From: Patescibacteria group bacterium
GTDB taxonomy: Bacteria; Patescibacteriota; Minisyncoccia; Moranbacterales; UBA2206
DNA length: 64,000 nt
Reading direction: 5' to 3'
NCBI GenBank assembly: GCA_022711335.1
Contig: JAKLFF010000001.1
Coordinates: forward strand, 131,016-195,015
Shown here: one piece after another, positions 8,492 to 18,081 of the stretch
Layout: each line of letters opens with the position of its first letter
Numbering within the stretch: the stretch's first letter is position 1
Made by a program: the position numbers and the translations under genes
The notes under the pieces: generated by a model
Told to the model about the DNA's origin: nothing
Databases searched by the model: none
The model's input: the letters and a program-made list of their open reading frames with translations, nothing else

Positions 8492-9631
8492 ATGAAAGTT
8501 TTGTTTTTAAACTATGAATATCCGCCATTGGGCGGGGGAGCGGGGAACGCCGCTTCTTGTATTTTGCGGGAATTTTCGAAGATTCCTGATTTAGAAGTAG
8601 ATTTTGTGACTTCTTCGCATGACGAAGATTTTCATCTGGAGGAAATTGGAAGCGGCGTGAGAATTCACAAGCTTCCGATTGGAAAAAATCAGAAAAATCT
8701 TCATTTTCAGTCAAAAAAGGATCTCTTAGTTTATTCCTGGAAAGCCTATTGGTATTCCAAGAAACTGATAAGGCAAAATAAATATGATTTGAGCCATTCA
8801 TTTTTTTCTGTTCCTTGCGGTTTTTTGTCGCTGGTTTTTAAACGGAAATATAAAATTCCTTATGTTATTTCTCTTCGCGGAGCGGATGTGCCCGGATATT
8901 CGGAACGATTTTCTTTCCTTTACAAAATTTTGACGCCTCTTATCAAATTAATCTGGAAAAAATCCGGCGCGGTGGTTTCCAATTCGGAAGGGCTCCGAGA
9001 ATTGGCTTTGAAATCAAATCCAAAGCAGCCGATAGAAATAATCTGCAACGGAATCGACACGGAAAAATTCAAACCGGGGGAACCAAATAGGGAAAAATTC
9101 ATAATAACCCTGGGCGGAACGCGGGTGACGGCCAGAAAAGGAATAGCTTACCTCATTGAAACTGTTCGCATGCTGTCTCAGAAATATCCGAATGTATTTT
9201 TGAAAATTATAGGCGAAGGGGATGAAAAGAATGATCTCGAGAAGATGTCCCGAAAATTGGAAATTGGAAAAAAAGTCGAATTTTTGGGTCGGATTGAAAA
9301 CAAGGAAATGCCTTCCTATTATCAGGAAGCATCGGTTTTTGTTCTGCCGTCGCTGAACGAAGGCATGAGCAACGCGATGCTCGAAGCACTGGCATCAGGC
9401 CTTCCCATAATTGCGACCGACACCGGAGGAACAAAAGAGATTGTTAGGGACGGAAAAAACGGATTTATTATAAAAATGAAAGACAGCCAGGATATCGCGG
9501 ATAAAATAGAAATTTTGATAAAGGATGAAAATTTGCGCCGCAAAATGGGGGAAAACAGCCGTAAATATGCCCAGAGTATGAATTGGGAAAGCGTGGCAAA
9601 TAAATATTACGAGATTTATAAAAAGCAATGA
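8492..9631 (+). CDS. GT4-family glycosyltransferase
   Basis: N-terminal MKVLFLNYEYPPLGGGAGNA. C-terminal GT-B domain with EX7E-type region (SNAMLEALASGLPIIATD). Confidence 0.85.
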   Translation: MKVLFLNYEYPPLGGGAGNAASCILREFSKIPDLEVDFVTSSHDEDFHLEEIGSGVRIHKLPIGKNQKNLHFQSKKDLLVYSWKAYWYSKKLIRQNKYDLSHSFFSVPCGFLSLVFKRKYKIPYVISLRGADVPGYSERFSFLYKILTPLIKLIWKKSGAVVSNSEGLRELALKSNPKQPIEIICNGIDTEKFKPGEPNREKFIITLGGTRVTARKGIAYLIETVRMLSQKYPNVFLKIIGEGDEKNDLEKMSRKLEIGKKVEFLGRIENKEMPSYYQEASVFVLPSLNEGMSNAMLEALASGLPIIATDTGGTKEIVRDGKNGFIIKMKDSQDIADKIEILIKDENLRRKMGENSRKYAQSMNWESVANKYYEIYKKQ

Positions 9632-10557
9632 ATAGAAAATACCTAAAAATATTTTTTAAGATAATCGTAAGCCTAATTTTTGTTTATTGGGTTGTTGTCA
9701 AAACCGACTGGCCAGAATTTTTGTTTTATCTCAAAAAAATAGAAATCTGGCAGATTGGATGCTATCTCTTTTTTCTTGTTGTTGGAATGGTTATCTGTTC
9801 GTACCGCTGGAAAATACTGGCTGAATTTAAAGGCATAAAATTGCCGCTTTGGGAATATTTCAAGCTGTATTTGACCGGAACTTTCATTAATAATTTTATG
9901 CCTTCTTTTGTGGCTGGAGACGCTTATAAAGCCTATCAGATCGCCGGAGCGGAAAAAAGATACGCTGAGGCGACTTCCTCGGTGCTTATGGACAGAATCA
10001 CGGGGCTTTTGGGAGCAATGATCCTGGCGCTTATTTTCAGCCTTATAAACATCAAAACGGTAATGGGCAATAAATGGCTTCTTCTGGCCAACATTGGAAT
10101 CGTCCTTTCTTTTTTTGTGGATCTGGTTATCGCAAAACTTCGGGAAATAAGCTGGCTCAAGAATTTTGTTTTCAAAATAATACCCCAGAAAATTACAATT
10201 TTTCTTCGAGAACTTTATTCTTATAACAATAAAACCGGCGCAATAAGCCGGGCAGTTTTCATATCTATCTGGTTTTCTCTAATCGGGATAGCGCTCTTAA
10301 ACTACATTTTATTTCGGGGACTGGGAGTAGAAATCGGAATTTTGGATTATCTTTCCGTAATTTTCATAATCAGCATCGTTTCAGCCTTGCCAATTACAAT
10401 GAACAATATCGGCCTCAAAGAATGGGCCTACATCACTTTTTTTGGGTTTTTCGGAGTCAGTTCCGGGGCGGCAGTCGCGGCGTCAATTATCAGCCGGTTT
10501 TTGCAGATGCTGGTTAGCTTTCTTGCTTTTCCGATTTATATAAAAAGCAAAAAATAG
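9628..10557 (+). CDS. Lysylphosphatidylglycerol-synthase-TM-like ('flippase-like', UPF0104) polytopic membrane protein
   Basis: Start overlaps the GT4 stop (ATGA). About 8 TM helices. Motif FINNFMPSFVAGDAYKAYQ matches the F-x-N-x3-P-x3-G-D/E-x2-K signature of this family. Confidence 0.55.
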   Translation: MNRKYLKIFFKIIVSLIFVYWVVVKTDWPEFLFYLKKIEIWQIGCYLFFLVVGMVICSYRWKILAEFKGIKLPLWEYFKLYLTGTFINNFMPSFVAGDAYKAYQIAGAEKRYAEATSSVLMDRITGLLGAMILALIFSLINIKTVMGNKWLLLANIGIVLSFFVDLVIAKLREISWLKNFVFKIIPQKITIFLRELYSYNNKTGAISRAVFISIWFSLIGIALLNYILFRGLGVEIGILDYLSVIFIISIVSALPITMNNIGLKEWAYITFFGFFGVSSGAAVAASIISRFLQMLVSFLAFPIYIKSKK

Positions 10558-10565
10558 GCGATTGT

Positions 10566-12377
10566 TTATTTTAGGGCTTGCGCGCCTGAAGACAACTTTT
10601 TCCAGGTAAGAATTTGTGAAATTTGGATAGCCTGTTCGGAAGGCTGTTTTTTTGAAAGATCTTGAGCGTCTAAAGTGGAAGATTGGGGTTTTGGGGAAAG
10701 ATAGAGGACATAAAGAGAGCCGAAGTCTTTATTTTCCGCAATATCAAATGCAGCTCCAAGCATTTTGGTGTCTTTGGCTTTTTTCGAAAGGCTGCTCGAT
10801 ATTAGGAAATAATTCCCTTTGCGATAAATATCCTTGTCTATATCAGGATCATAGCTGAAATAATCATAGGGAATATTTTTTTTATCGAAGAAATACCAAA
10901 AAACCGGATCAAGCTCATGAATGCTTTTTAGATAAACCGGAAAGCCATTGTTCTCATATTTCTCGGCCATATAATCCAAAATCATAAGTTCTTGCTGGAG
11001 CGTTATTCTAGAATTGTCGGGAAAAACGTCTTCAGTTTCAAATCGCGCTTTTTTGTCGTAAGGCGAATTTTTCAGCTGCTTGAAATTTTCAAAAATTTTT
11101 CCAATATTGGAAAATAAAAGAAACAGGATTATCAGTGAGAATATCAAATAACGGAGAGGATTTTTCATGGAAAATACAAACTCTAGAATCAGCCCCAAAA
11201 ATATCATTGCTAGCGGAGCGGAGATTAGAAAAAATCGGGGATAGATATAGAAACCGTCATAAGTTATTAAAAGAAGGAAAAGGAAGGTGGCGATGAGCCA
11301 CAAAGCACAAATTGTCAGAAAATCTTTTTTTTGCTGATTTTTTTCCCGGGTCAGGCGAAAGGCAAGCGCGGATATTCCCGATATCCAAAAAAGAAAGCCG
11401 GCGATCCGGAGCGGCGCATCGTCGGAGCAGGTTTTGCAGAGAATTCCGGCGTCATATCCCTTGAGCCGTTTTCCGTTTATTGAATCTATGCCGCTTATGA
11501 CCAGAAAATATTCCAGCGCGTTATATCTTGCGTCCTGGAATATTTTTTCGCCCAAATTTTTTGAATTTCCCGCGTCTTCCTTATTTTCCTTTAAGCCTGC
11601 TTCCTTAAGCCCCAATTTTTCAAGAAAATAGCTGAAATTTTGGCCGTGGGTTTTTATATCGCTTATGATCATAGGAGAATAAAGAACAAGAAGAACAGTG
11701 AAAGCCGCGGCCCAAATTTTTAGATTAAATGAAGGCCGTTTGATGAGCAGAAAAATAATAAAAACCAGGGGAATGCTGAAAAAAGAAATAAAATGGATTT
11801 GTGAGGCTATTCCGGCGAGAGCAACTGATGCCAGGAACCAGGCGTTTTTTTTCGGCTCATTTTTCAAAACGCTGCGAAGGAGGCAGTAGAATGCCGCCAA
11901 AGCCAAAAAAGGCAGGACATTCGGACTCCATGAAAACCGGGAATAAGTTACCAAATAAAGTGAAACCGAAAAGATAGCAAAGATGCCGAGTGAAATCGGA
12001 ACAGAAAAATATTTTTTTGAAAAAAAATAGAAAAGAGGAAGGGAAAGGATTGATAGAATTAGAACTTGCATGGCATGTCCGGCGGGATTATTTCCGAAAA
12101 TTTTGGCGCTCAGATATTCCATATAATAAAAAGCCGGGCCAAGCCGAAGCGATCGCCCGCCTCCGGCCGTAGGTCCGAGAAGAGGGAGGTTGGAAATCCC
12201 GCTTTCCACAGCGGGAGAGACCAAAAGAGTGTCGTAAGTCTGATCAATTTCAAAATGGAGCCAGTCGGAAAAATGATAAGAACGCAAAAAAATCCCTATT
12301 AAAAAGATAATAAGGAAAATAGCGAGCGCCAGCTTATTTTTCCCGGCTTTTTCCATTTGTGATTGAAAAAAGTTCAT
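10566..12377 (-). CDS. GT-C fold membrane glycosyltransferase, ArnT/PMT (GT39/GT83)-like, paralog 1
   Basis: Shared paralog motifs FLRSYHFSDWLHFEIDQ and LGPxxxxxxLRLGPAFYY near the N-terminus. About 11 TM helices plus a C-terminal soluble domain. Confidence 0.75.
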   Translation of the reverse strand: MNFFQSQMEKAGKNKLALAIFLIIFLIGIFLRSYHFSDWLHFEIDQTYDTLLVSPAVESGISNLPLLGPTAGGGRSLRLGPAFYYMEYLSAKIFGNNPAGHAMQVLILSILSLPLFYFFSKKYFSVPISLGIFAIFSVSLYLVTYSRFSWSPNVLPFLALAAFYCLLRSVLKNEPKKNAWFLASVALAGIASQIHFISFFSIPLVFIIFLLIKRPSFNLKIWAAAFTVLLVLYSPMIISDIKTHGQNFSYFLEKLGLKEAGLKENKEDAGNSKNLGEKIFQDARYNALEYFLVISGIDSINGKRLKGYDAGILCKTCSDDAPLRIAGFLFWISGISALAFRLTREKNQQKKDFLTICALWLIATFLFLLLITYDGFYIYPRFFLISAPLAMIFLGLILEFVFSMKNPLRYLIFSLIILFLLFSNIGKIFENFKQLKNSPYDKKARFETEDVFPDNSRITLQQELMILDYMAEKYENNGFPVYLKSIHELDPVFWYFFDKKNIPYDYFSYDPDIDKDIYRKGNYFLISSSLSKKAKDTKMLGAAFDIAENKDFGSLYVLYLSPKPQSSTLDAQDLSKKQPSEQAIQISQILTWKKLSSGAQALK

Positions 12378-13084
12378 AGGCTTTTAAGAACTTTGTATTC
12401 AGGAACCAGTTCCGGATGAAAGATGATCTCCACTTCCGAATGGTTGTTAATGCCCTGGATGCAGGCATTCAGATCATGATTCCAGTCAAAACTGATCATA
12501 TAGTCAGAAGTGGCCATTGATGATTTTCTAAACTGCCAACCGTCCATCTTTTTTAACAGGTTTAGGATAGCGCAAACTTTGTTTTTGTGGCGATATGTTT
12601 CTTTGCCGAAACGGATGTAGCCTATGCCGTATTTTTCAGAAAGCCTCAGGAATTTTTTGAAATAGGGCGGGAAAAAATGGATATGCTCATGCGAGCTTGC
12701 GCCGTCAGGAGATTTCCCGAACATATTTTTAAAATCCAGAATTTGACGTTCCCATTCCCGCGCAATAACAGCCGGCCGGTTGTGGCCGAAAAGAAAATTA
12801 TAAAGAAATAGAAATATTCTTTTTATAGCGCCCTTTTCGATGACGCGGGGATTATTTTGCCAAAAATCCAGCCGATCTTTGGCAAGATGAAAGTGGATAT
12901 CCAGCTTTACGCCTGAAGCCAGGAGGCGGGAAATATGCTCTGGCGAGAGATTTTTGCTGATCATTATTTCCACTCGATCAAGCTTTTTTGCTTCGGCCAA
13001 TTTCAAAATATTGGCGCTAGCTGTCTGGCTAATGCCAAAATCATCCGCAGAAACAATGATTGTTTTTCCGCCAAGTTTAATCAT
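12374..13084 (-). CDS. YdjC/ChbG/HpnK-family carbohydrate deacetylase-like protein
   Basis: N-terminal IIVSADDFGIS (DDxG metal site) and conserved His-rich segments. 4-bp overlap with the downstream GT-C gene. Confidence 0.65.
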   Translation of the reverse strand: MIKLGGKTIIVSADDFGISQTASANILKLAEAKKLDRVEIMISKNLSPEHISRLLASGVKLDIHFHLAKDRLDFWQNNPRVIEKGAIKRIFLFLYNFLFGHNRPAVIAREWERQILDFKNMFGKSPDGASSHEHIHFFPPYFKKFLRLSEKYGIGYIRFGKETYRHKNKVCAILNLLKKMDGWQFRKSSMATSDYMISFDWNHDLNACIQGINNHSEVEIIFHPELVPEYKVLKSL

Positions 13085-13124
13085 ATTCTAATTGTAATAT
13101 ATAAATCAAAATAAGGAAAATACG

Positions 13125-13985
13125 TCAGTCGTTTGGCAGAGTCAGGGTCAAGGAATATCCTTCTTTGCCTTTTTGGGAGAGAGAAGGGATGATATAGTAT
13201 TCGATCCCGTTTATATTTTTATGCCACTCATTAATATGAAAATGTCCGGCCAGGACATATTTAACATTGCCGCTATCTTCGAACATTTTTTTCAGATATT
13301 CCAATTCAGGGTAAACTTTCTCAAAATCAAATCGGTCAAATATGGGCACGTGCATAGCTACGGCTATTTTTCGATCGGTTTTTAAAACCTCTTTGAGCCA
13401 TTCTACCTGCTCCGGTTCCATATATCCGCGCGGGATATATGCTTCTTTGGCGTAATCAATGGAGTGGTCTATATTGCCGTTATCCAAAATGACAAATCTC
13501 CATTTTCCCTTATCTATATAATAATGGTTAATCGGCTGAAATTCTTTGAATATCTCATCGTCTTCATGGTTGCCCTTGACCCAGGCCATAGGATATTTTT
13601 TAGTAAGATCTTTAATTTTTTTCGCATATTTTTTGCTGGGTTTATTTAGGCTGTCGCCGAGAGCAATTATCAGATCGCAATCTTCCATTTTTTCCAAAGC
13701 GGGCTTGAAATTTTCCTCGAATCTGGACGGGTATAGGATGTTTTCGTCTTCGAGTCCCTGGGTGCGCAAGTCCTGGCTGCCGGCATGAATGTCCGCGACA
13801 AAGCCGATAGTTATGGTTTGGGGTCCAATCAAAGATAAACCATGAAAAATAGTTTTATAATTATAGCCCGAAAAAAACCAGCCGCTGCCGACAGTTATTG
13901 CCGCTGAAGCCAAAAAAAATGCCGCAAGAAAAGGATGGAGGATTATTTTGCTGGATGCTTTTTTCACAATGCTTTTTATATCCAT
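13125..13985 (-). CDS. Membrane-anchored calcineurin-like metallophosphoesterase, copy 1
   Basis: N-terminal TM helix. MPE motifs DIH, GDSLN, GNHED, MHVP, GHFH. Confidence 0.8.
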   Translation of the reverse strand: MDIKSIVKKASSKIILHPFLAAFFLASAAITVGSGWFFSGYNYKTIFHGLSLIGPQTITIGFVADIHAGSQDLRTQGLEDENILYPSRFEENFKPALEKMEDCDLIIALGDSLNKPSKKYAKKIKDLTKKYPMAWVKGNHEDDEIFKEFQPINHYYIDKGKWRFVILDNGNIDHSIDYAKEAYIPRGYMEPEQVEWLKEVLKTDRKIAVAMHVPIFDRFDFEKVYPELEYLKKMFEDSGNVKYVLAGHFHINEWHKNINGIEYYIIPSLSQKGKEGYSLTLTLPND

Positions 13986-14001
13986 AATAATCGCTGTTTT
14001 T

Positions 14002-15669
14002 CTAAAATTTGTGACAGCTGCTGGCTTCTTTCGGATCGCTGGCAGGATTTTTTGCTTTGGCGTCTATTACCAGAATATTTCCAAATTTAAGCTGGTTTTT
14101 GATTGTGAATTGGCTGTTAAACTCTTCCGGCATCTCTTCATTTATGCTTCTTCTGTAGATGAAAAAATGATCTTCGTTTCCCGAGAGATGAAACGAGCTT
14201 GTTTTTATGTAACAAGCCGGAATGCCGTGTTCATATTCAAGAAGATAAAAAACAGCTCTGGCAAAAGTATTATCAACCACGACTCTCACGGGAGAATTTG
14301 TTTTTTTGTTCTCTATGATATAGGCTACTGCTCTTTCCATCTGTTCCAGGGTGACCTTCATATCATCATAAATTACGCGTCCAACCATATCTTCAACATT
14401 GTCTTTGGCCAAAGCTTTGTGCTGGCGCAAAAAAGTTATGTCATTTTTTACATTGAAAAAAATAAAAGCAGATGCCATGAGAACGACTGCCAAATTAGCA
14501 TGTCGACCAAAAAAAATTTTTGTTTTTTCAAAAATCATTCCTAAGAACACAAAAATTGGAGGAACAGCTGCCAGATAATAGTAAGGAGACATCCTATAGA
14601 TGATAGGAATAGAAATTATGAACATCAAGCCAGCCCATGCCCAAGACATGAAAATAAATTTTTTACGATCCCTATCTTGTTCGCGGAGATAAGAAAAAAT
14701 ACTGGCGGCGATACCCGCCAGAAAAATGAAAGTTTGCGCAATGAGAAAGGGAAGATCTTTACGGCATTGCTTGCTACAAACAGGAAGAAATTTTTTAGAC
14801 AACTTCATGGAACTGCCATGTTCGTCGGCGGTTATCATTTGCCAATTGATTATCTCCATTTTTTGAAAAGCGTAGAATGTCTTGTCAGCAACGTTGTGGT
14901 CGTCTTCAGCGGTGGGAACTCTTTCCATTGTGTTTTTAAAAAGCAATTTAGTATTGTCACCCTTTGTTGTTATCTCGCTGATGATCATGGGGAAATAAAG
15001 GGCTAGAATGATTAAAAATCCAAAAAAATATTGCTTAAATTTTAATTTTGGCTTCCAAATGATGAGGAAAATAATTATCAGAATTGGAGCTATGAAAAAA
15101 TAAATATAATGCAATTGAGTGGCTATTCCTGCGCTAAAAATAGCCAAATAAAACCAGCCGGGATGAACGATATTTTTCCAATCGGCTTTCAAAAGTCCGA
15201 AAAGCGCGAGTAGCGTGAAAAAAGGAAGCGAGTTGGGATTCCAGGCAAAACGCCCATATATGACTAAAAAAAGCGAAGTGCCGGCTATGGCGGTGAGGGC
15301 CAGAGAAGTTATTTTTGAAAAATAAAGCCGAAAAAATGGATAAAGAAGAGCAACAAAAAGGACGGAAAAAAACCAGTCGGGAATGGCGAAAGAATTTGGA
15401 TTGGTTCCAAATAAAAAGGCGGAAGCAGATAAGAGATAATAATAGGCAGGACCAAGCTGAAGAGTGCTGCCTGATATATGCGGCCCTAAGAGCGGTATTT
15501 TGCTAAAACCTTCTCTAACAAAATTTCCGACAATTATCGCGTCTCTGGATTGGTCCAGCTGGAAGCTTAGAAATTCCTTATGCTGATATGATCTTAGAAA
15601 TATAGCGGTAAATATTATGGCAGCAAGAATCACATATTCTGTTTTGAAGATTTTTTTTAAATGCCGCAT
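14002..15669 (-). CDS. GT-C ArnT/PMT-like membrane glycosyltransferase, paralog 2
   Basis: FLRSYQHKEFLSFQLDQSRD and LGPHISGSTLQLGPAYYY. Polytopic. Confidence 0.75.
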   Translation of the reverse strand: MRHLKKIFKTEYVILAAIIFTAIFLRSYQHKEFLSFQLDQSRDAIIVGNFVREGFSKIPLLGPHISGSTLQLGPAYYYLLSASAFLFGTNPNSFAIPDWFFSVLFVALLYPFFRLYFSKITSLALTAIAGTSLFLVIYGRFAWNPNSLPFFTLLALFGLLKADWKNIVHPGWFYLAIFSAGIATQLHYIYFFIAPILIIIFLIIWKPKLKFKQYFFGFLIILALYFPMIISEITTKGDNTKLLFKNTMERVPTAEDDHNVADKTFYAFQKMEIINWQMITADEHGSSMKLSKKFLPVCSKQCRKDLPFLIAQTFIFLAGIAASIFSYLREQDRDRKKFIFMSWAWAGLMFIISIPIIYRMSPYYYLAAVPPIFVFLGMIFEKTKIFFGRHANLAVVLMASAFIFFNVKNDITFLRQHKALAKDNVEDMVGRVIYDDMKVTLEQMERAVAYIIENKKTNSPVRVVVDNTFARAVFYLLEYEHGIPACYIKTSSFHLSGNEDHFFIYRRSINEEMPEEFNSQFTIKNQLKFGNILVIDAKAKNPASDPKEASSCHKF

Positions 15670-15674
15670 TTTTT

Positions 15675-16451
15675 CTAGTTCAAAGTTAGTTTCATGAAAT
15701 ATTGCGGATATTCTGATCCGGAAACCGAAGGAAGGATATAATAATGCACGCCGTTATAAACTTTGTCCCAAAGCCGGCTATGCAGATGCCCCATAAAAAC
15801 ATATTTAACGTTGCCGGCGCCGGAAATTACCTTTTCTGCTTCAGTATATTGAGGAAGCAATGCGTTTTCATCCCGGCTGGGAGAAAAGAAAGGAATATGT
15901 GTGACAATCAGAACTTTATTATCTGTTTTTAGCGAATTTTTCAACCAGTTTAGTTCGTCTAGATCAATGTCGATATCATGATCTAGCATCACTATTCTCC
16001 AACCGGCTTTATCGTAATCATGATAATAATAATCGACGTCAGAAAATGTTTTGAAACATTCTTTATCGTGGTTGCCTTTAGCCCAGAGGACGTTGAATCG
16101 GGAGAGCAACTTTATCAAATTATCGGCATAAGGATGGCACTTATTGTCATCATTAACATTATCGCCCAGGGTAATAATCAAATCTGGCCGGGAATCCATA
16201 AGAGGTTTAAGGTTATTTCTGTATTCTTTTGGATAGACTACGGCTGATTCACTATGACCTTTTTTTTCCGGTCCGACATGAATGTCGGTGACAATAGCCA
16301 CATTGAGAGATTTTTTATTTTCAATGTCTGGCTTGGCAAGATAGATGAACTTATAATATATCCCTCCGGCGATTGCCAACAAAATTATCAGAATAATAAT
16401 TTTTTTGTTTTTTTTAAAAAAGGCGAGAAGCTTATGGAGTATTTTTTTCAT
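15675..16451 (-). CDS. Membrane-anchored calcineurin-like metallophosphoesterase, copy 2
   Basis: N-terminal TM. Motifs DIH, GDNVND, GNHD, THIP, GHLH. Paralog of 13125-13985. Confidence 0.8.
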   Translation of the reverse strand: MKKILHKLLAFFKKNKKIIILIILLAIAGGIYYKFIYLAKPDIENKKSLNVAIVTDIHVGPEKKGHSESAVVYPKEYRNNLKPLMDSRPDLIITLGDNVNDDNKCHPYADNLIKLLSRFNVLWAKGNHDKECFKTFSDVDYYYHDYDKAGWRIVMLDHDIDIDLDELNWLKNSLKTDNKVLIVTHIPFFSPSRDENALLPQYTEAEKVISGAGNVKYVFMGHLHSRLWDKVYNGVHYYILPSVSGSEYPQYFMKLTLN

Positions 16452-16463
16452 ACGAGTAGGTTG

Positions 16464-18065
16464 TTAGTTTTTTAGAAGAAGGATGGTTAGCCCGGAAAGT
16501 TTTTTTCCGGCTGCCACTTCAAGATTCCATATTTTTTGTCCTATAGGAATTTCCCCAGGTTCATTCTCTTTCAGATAAAAAACTCGATTCTCGGGGTCGA
16601 TTTCATCCAGGCCGTCTTTTTTGAGAAGAGCGGTTTCAATCCCAGCTTTTTTAGTGAGATAGTTAACCGGCCGGAAAAATCTTTCCGCCAGGCCATTTTG
16701 GCCTCCGAGATGAGACTTGGAAGATGTTTTTGGAGAATTTTTCAAAATAAATTGAGAAATTGCTTCCGATTCGGAGAGCGTGCTGTTTTTAGAATTATTT
16801 TCCAAGCCTTTTCTATAGCTATCTGCTGTTCTGGCGTCCCTGGCCAAACAAAGAACGATAAGAATGGTTATTATCGCTATGGCCAATCCCTTGCCTTTGG
16901 AAGAAAATCTTTTTTCCATCTCCAAAATAATAAGCCCCAAAAGTACCAGCGGGATCATGTAGAGATTGATAAAATATCCAACAAACATGATTTTAGCGAT
17001 AGGGATCAATATGATGAATGAAAAAAAGTTGAAAAGAATAACAATTCCCAGAAAATTTTTCTTTTGCTGGTCTTTTTCCTGGAAAAAATATCTGAATAAC
17101 AAATAATATCCAACCAGAGAAAAAAGAACGCTCAGGGCCATGCCCAGGTAATATTTTAAATTTTCCGCTTGGGTGCCTTGTGGTGCGTAAAAAACGGCTT
17201 TGCATGGATCATCGTTGCCAAAAGCAGAAATAGTGTGCGAATTAGCCAGTATTTGGCACGCGCTAATGTGAAATGTAGCCCGTCCCAAATGACTGCTGGA
17301 GCTGGAGCTGTTAGTAAAGCCTTTTATGAAATATTTGGTATTTTTTCCGCCAGAATCAAGTTCGGATATTATTTGGGTTGTATTTAGAGCTAATGCCAGA
17401 GTTAGAATAATCAGGAAAATTTTCCAGATGTTGGGGGTTTTTTTCCGTAAAATGTAAATAAATACCAAAAAAGATATCGGCGGCAGGGCGATGAGCAATG
17501 TTGTATGGAGCTGGATACAGACACCTATGCCAATTCCGTTAAGGACAGCCCAAAGGTAGGTTCTTTTTTCGTCCGGGTTCATCAGCTTCAGCAGGGAATA
17601 CAGATAAACAAGAATAAAAAAGGGAATAAGATTGGGATTGGAAGAAAAACGGGAATTTATCACAAGAAAATAAGAAACACTCATTATGGCGGTGAGTGCC
17701 AGAGAAATTTTATCGCTGAAATATTCTTTCAGGAAAAAGAAAAGCAATGGAATAGCCATAATGGAAAAGAAAACACTCGGATAAGCCATTTTGTCCGGAT
17801 AGCTGCCGAATATCTTTTGCGACACATAGGAAAATTGATAGTATATCGGACCCAGTCTGAATTTTGTGACGCCCGCGTTAGGACCCAGATATGGCAAATG
17901 ATCTTTGCCTTCCAGCGCATCATCAATAAGTTTTATGTCCCTGACTTGATCGCGGCTGAATCTAAGCCAGTCATGAAATTCATAAGTTCGAAGAAATATT
18001 CCGACAAAGACAATTATGGCCAGAACAATTATTATCGTTTTGTTTTTTTTGAGAAAGTCGGGCAT
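16464..18065 (-). CDS. GT-C ArnT/PMT-like membrane glycosyltransferase, paralog 3
   Basis: FLRTYEFHDWLRFSRDQVRD and LGPNAGVTKFRLGPIYYQ. Polytopic. Confidence 0.75.
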   Translation of the reverse strand: MPDFLKKNKTIIIVLAIIVFVGIFLRTYEFHDWLRFSRDQVRDIKLIDDALEGKDHLPYLGPNAGVTKFRLGPIYYQFSYVSQKIFGSYPDKMAYPSVFFSIMAIPLLFFFLKEYFSDKISLALTAIMSVSYFLVINSRFSSNPNLIPFFILVYLYSLLKLMNPDEKRTYLWAVLNGIGIGVCIQLHTTLLIALPPISFLVFIYILRKKTPNIWKIFLIILTLALALNTTQIISELDSGGKNTKYFIKGFTNSSSSSSHLGRATFHISACQILANSHTISAFGNDDPCKAVFYAPQGTQAENLKYYLGMALSVLFSLVGYYLLFRYFFQEKDQQKKNFLGIVILFNFFSFIILIPIAKIMFVGYFINLYMIPLVLLGLIILEMEKRFSSKGKGLAIAIITILIVLCLARDARTADSYRKGLENNSKNSTLSESEAISQFILKNSPKTSSKSHLGGQNGLAERFFRPVNYLTKKAGIETALLKKDGLDEIDPENRVFYLKENEPGEIPIGQKIWNLEVAAGKKLSGLTILLLKN

Positions 18066-18081
18066 CTTGGTTTAATTTATT

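Noticed and set aside
8490-8801. 103-aa minus-strand ORF inside the GT4 gene; similarly 2322-2876 (-), 3567-3917 (-), 4186-4548 (-), 4758-5297 (-), 9395-9628 (-), 20508-20753 (+), 37487-37927 (+), 40602-40952 (+), 43068-43502 (+), 44340-44862 (+), 48073-48384 (+), 49816-50220 (+), 53942-54406 (+) and others
   Set aside because: All are embedded antisense or out of frame within long ORFs that have strong family motifs. They are treated as chance ORFs in an AT-rich genome.
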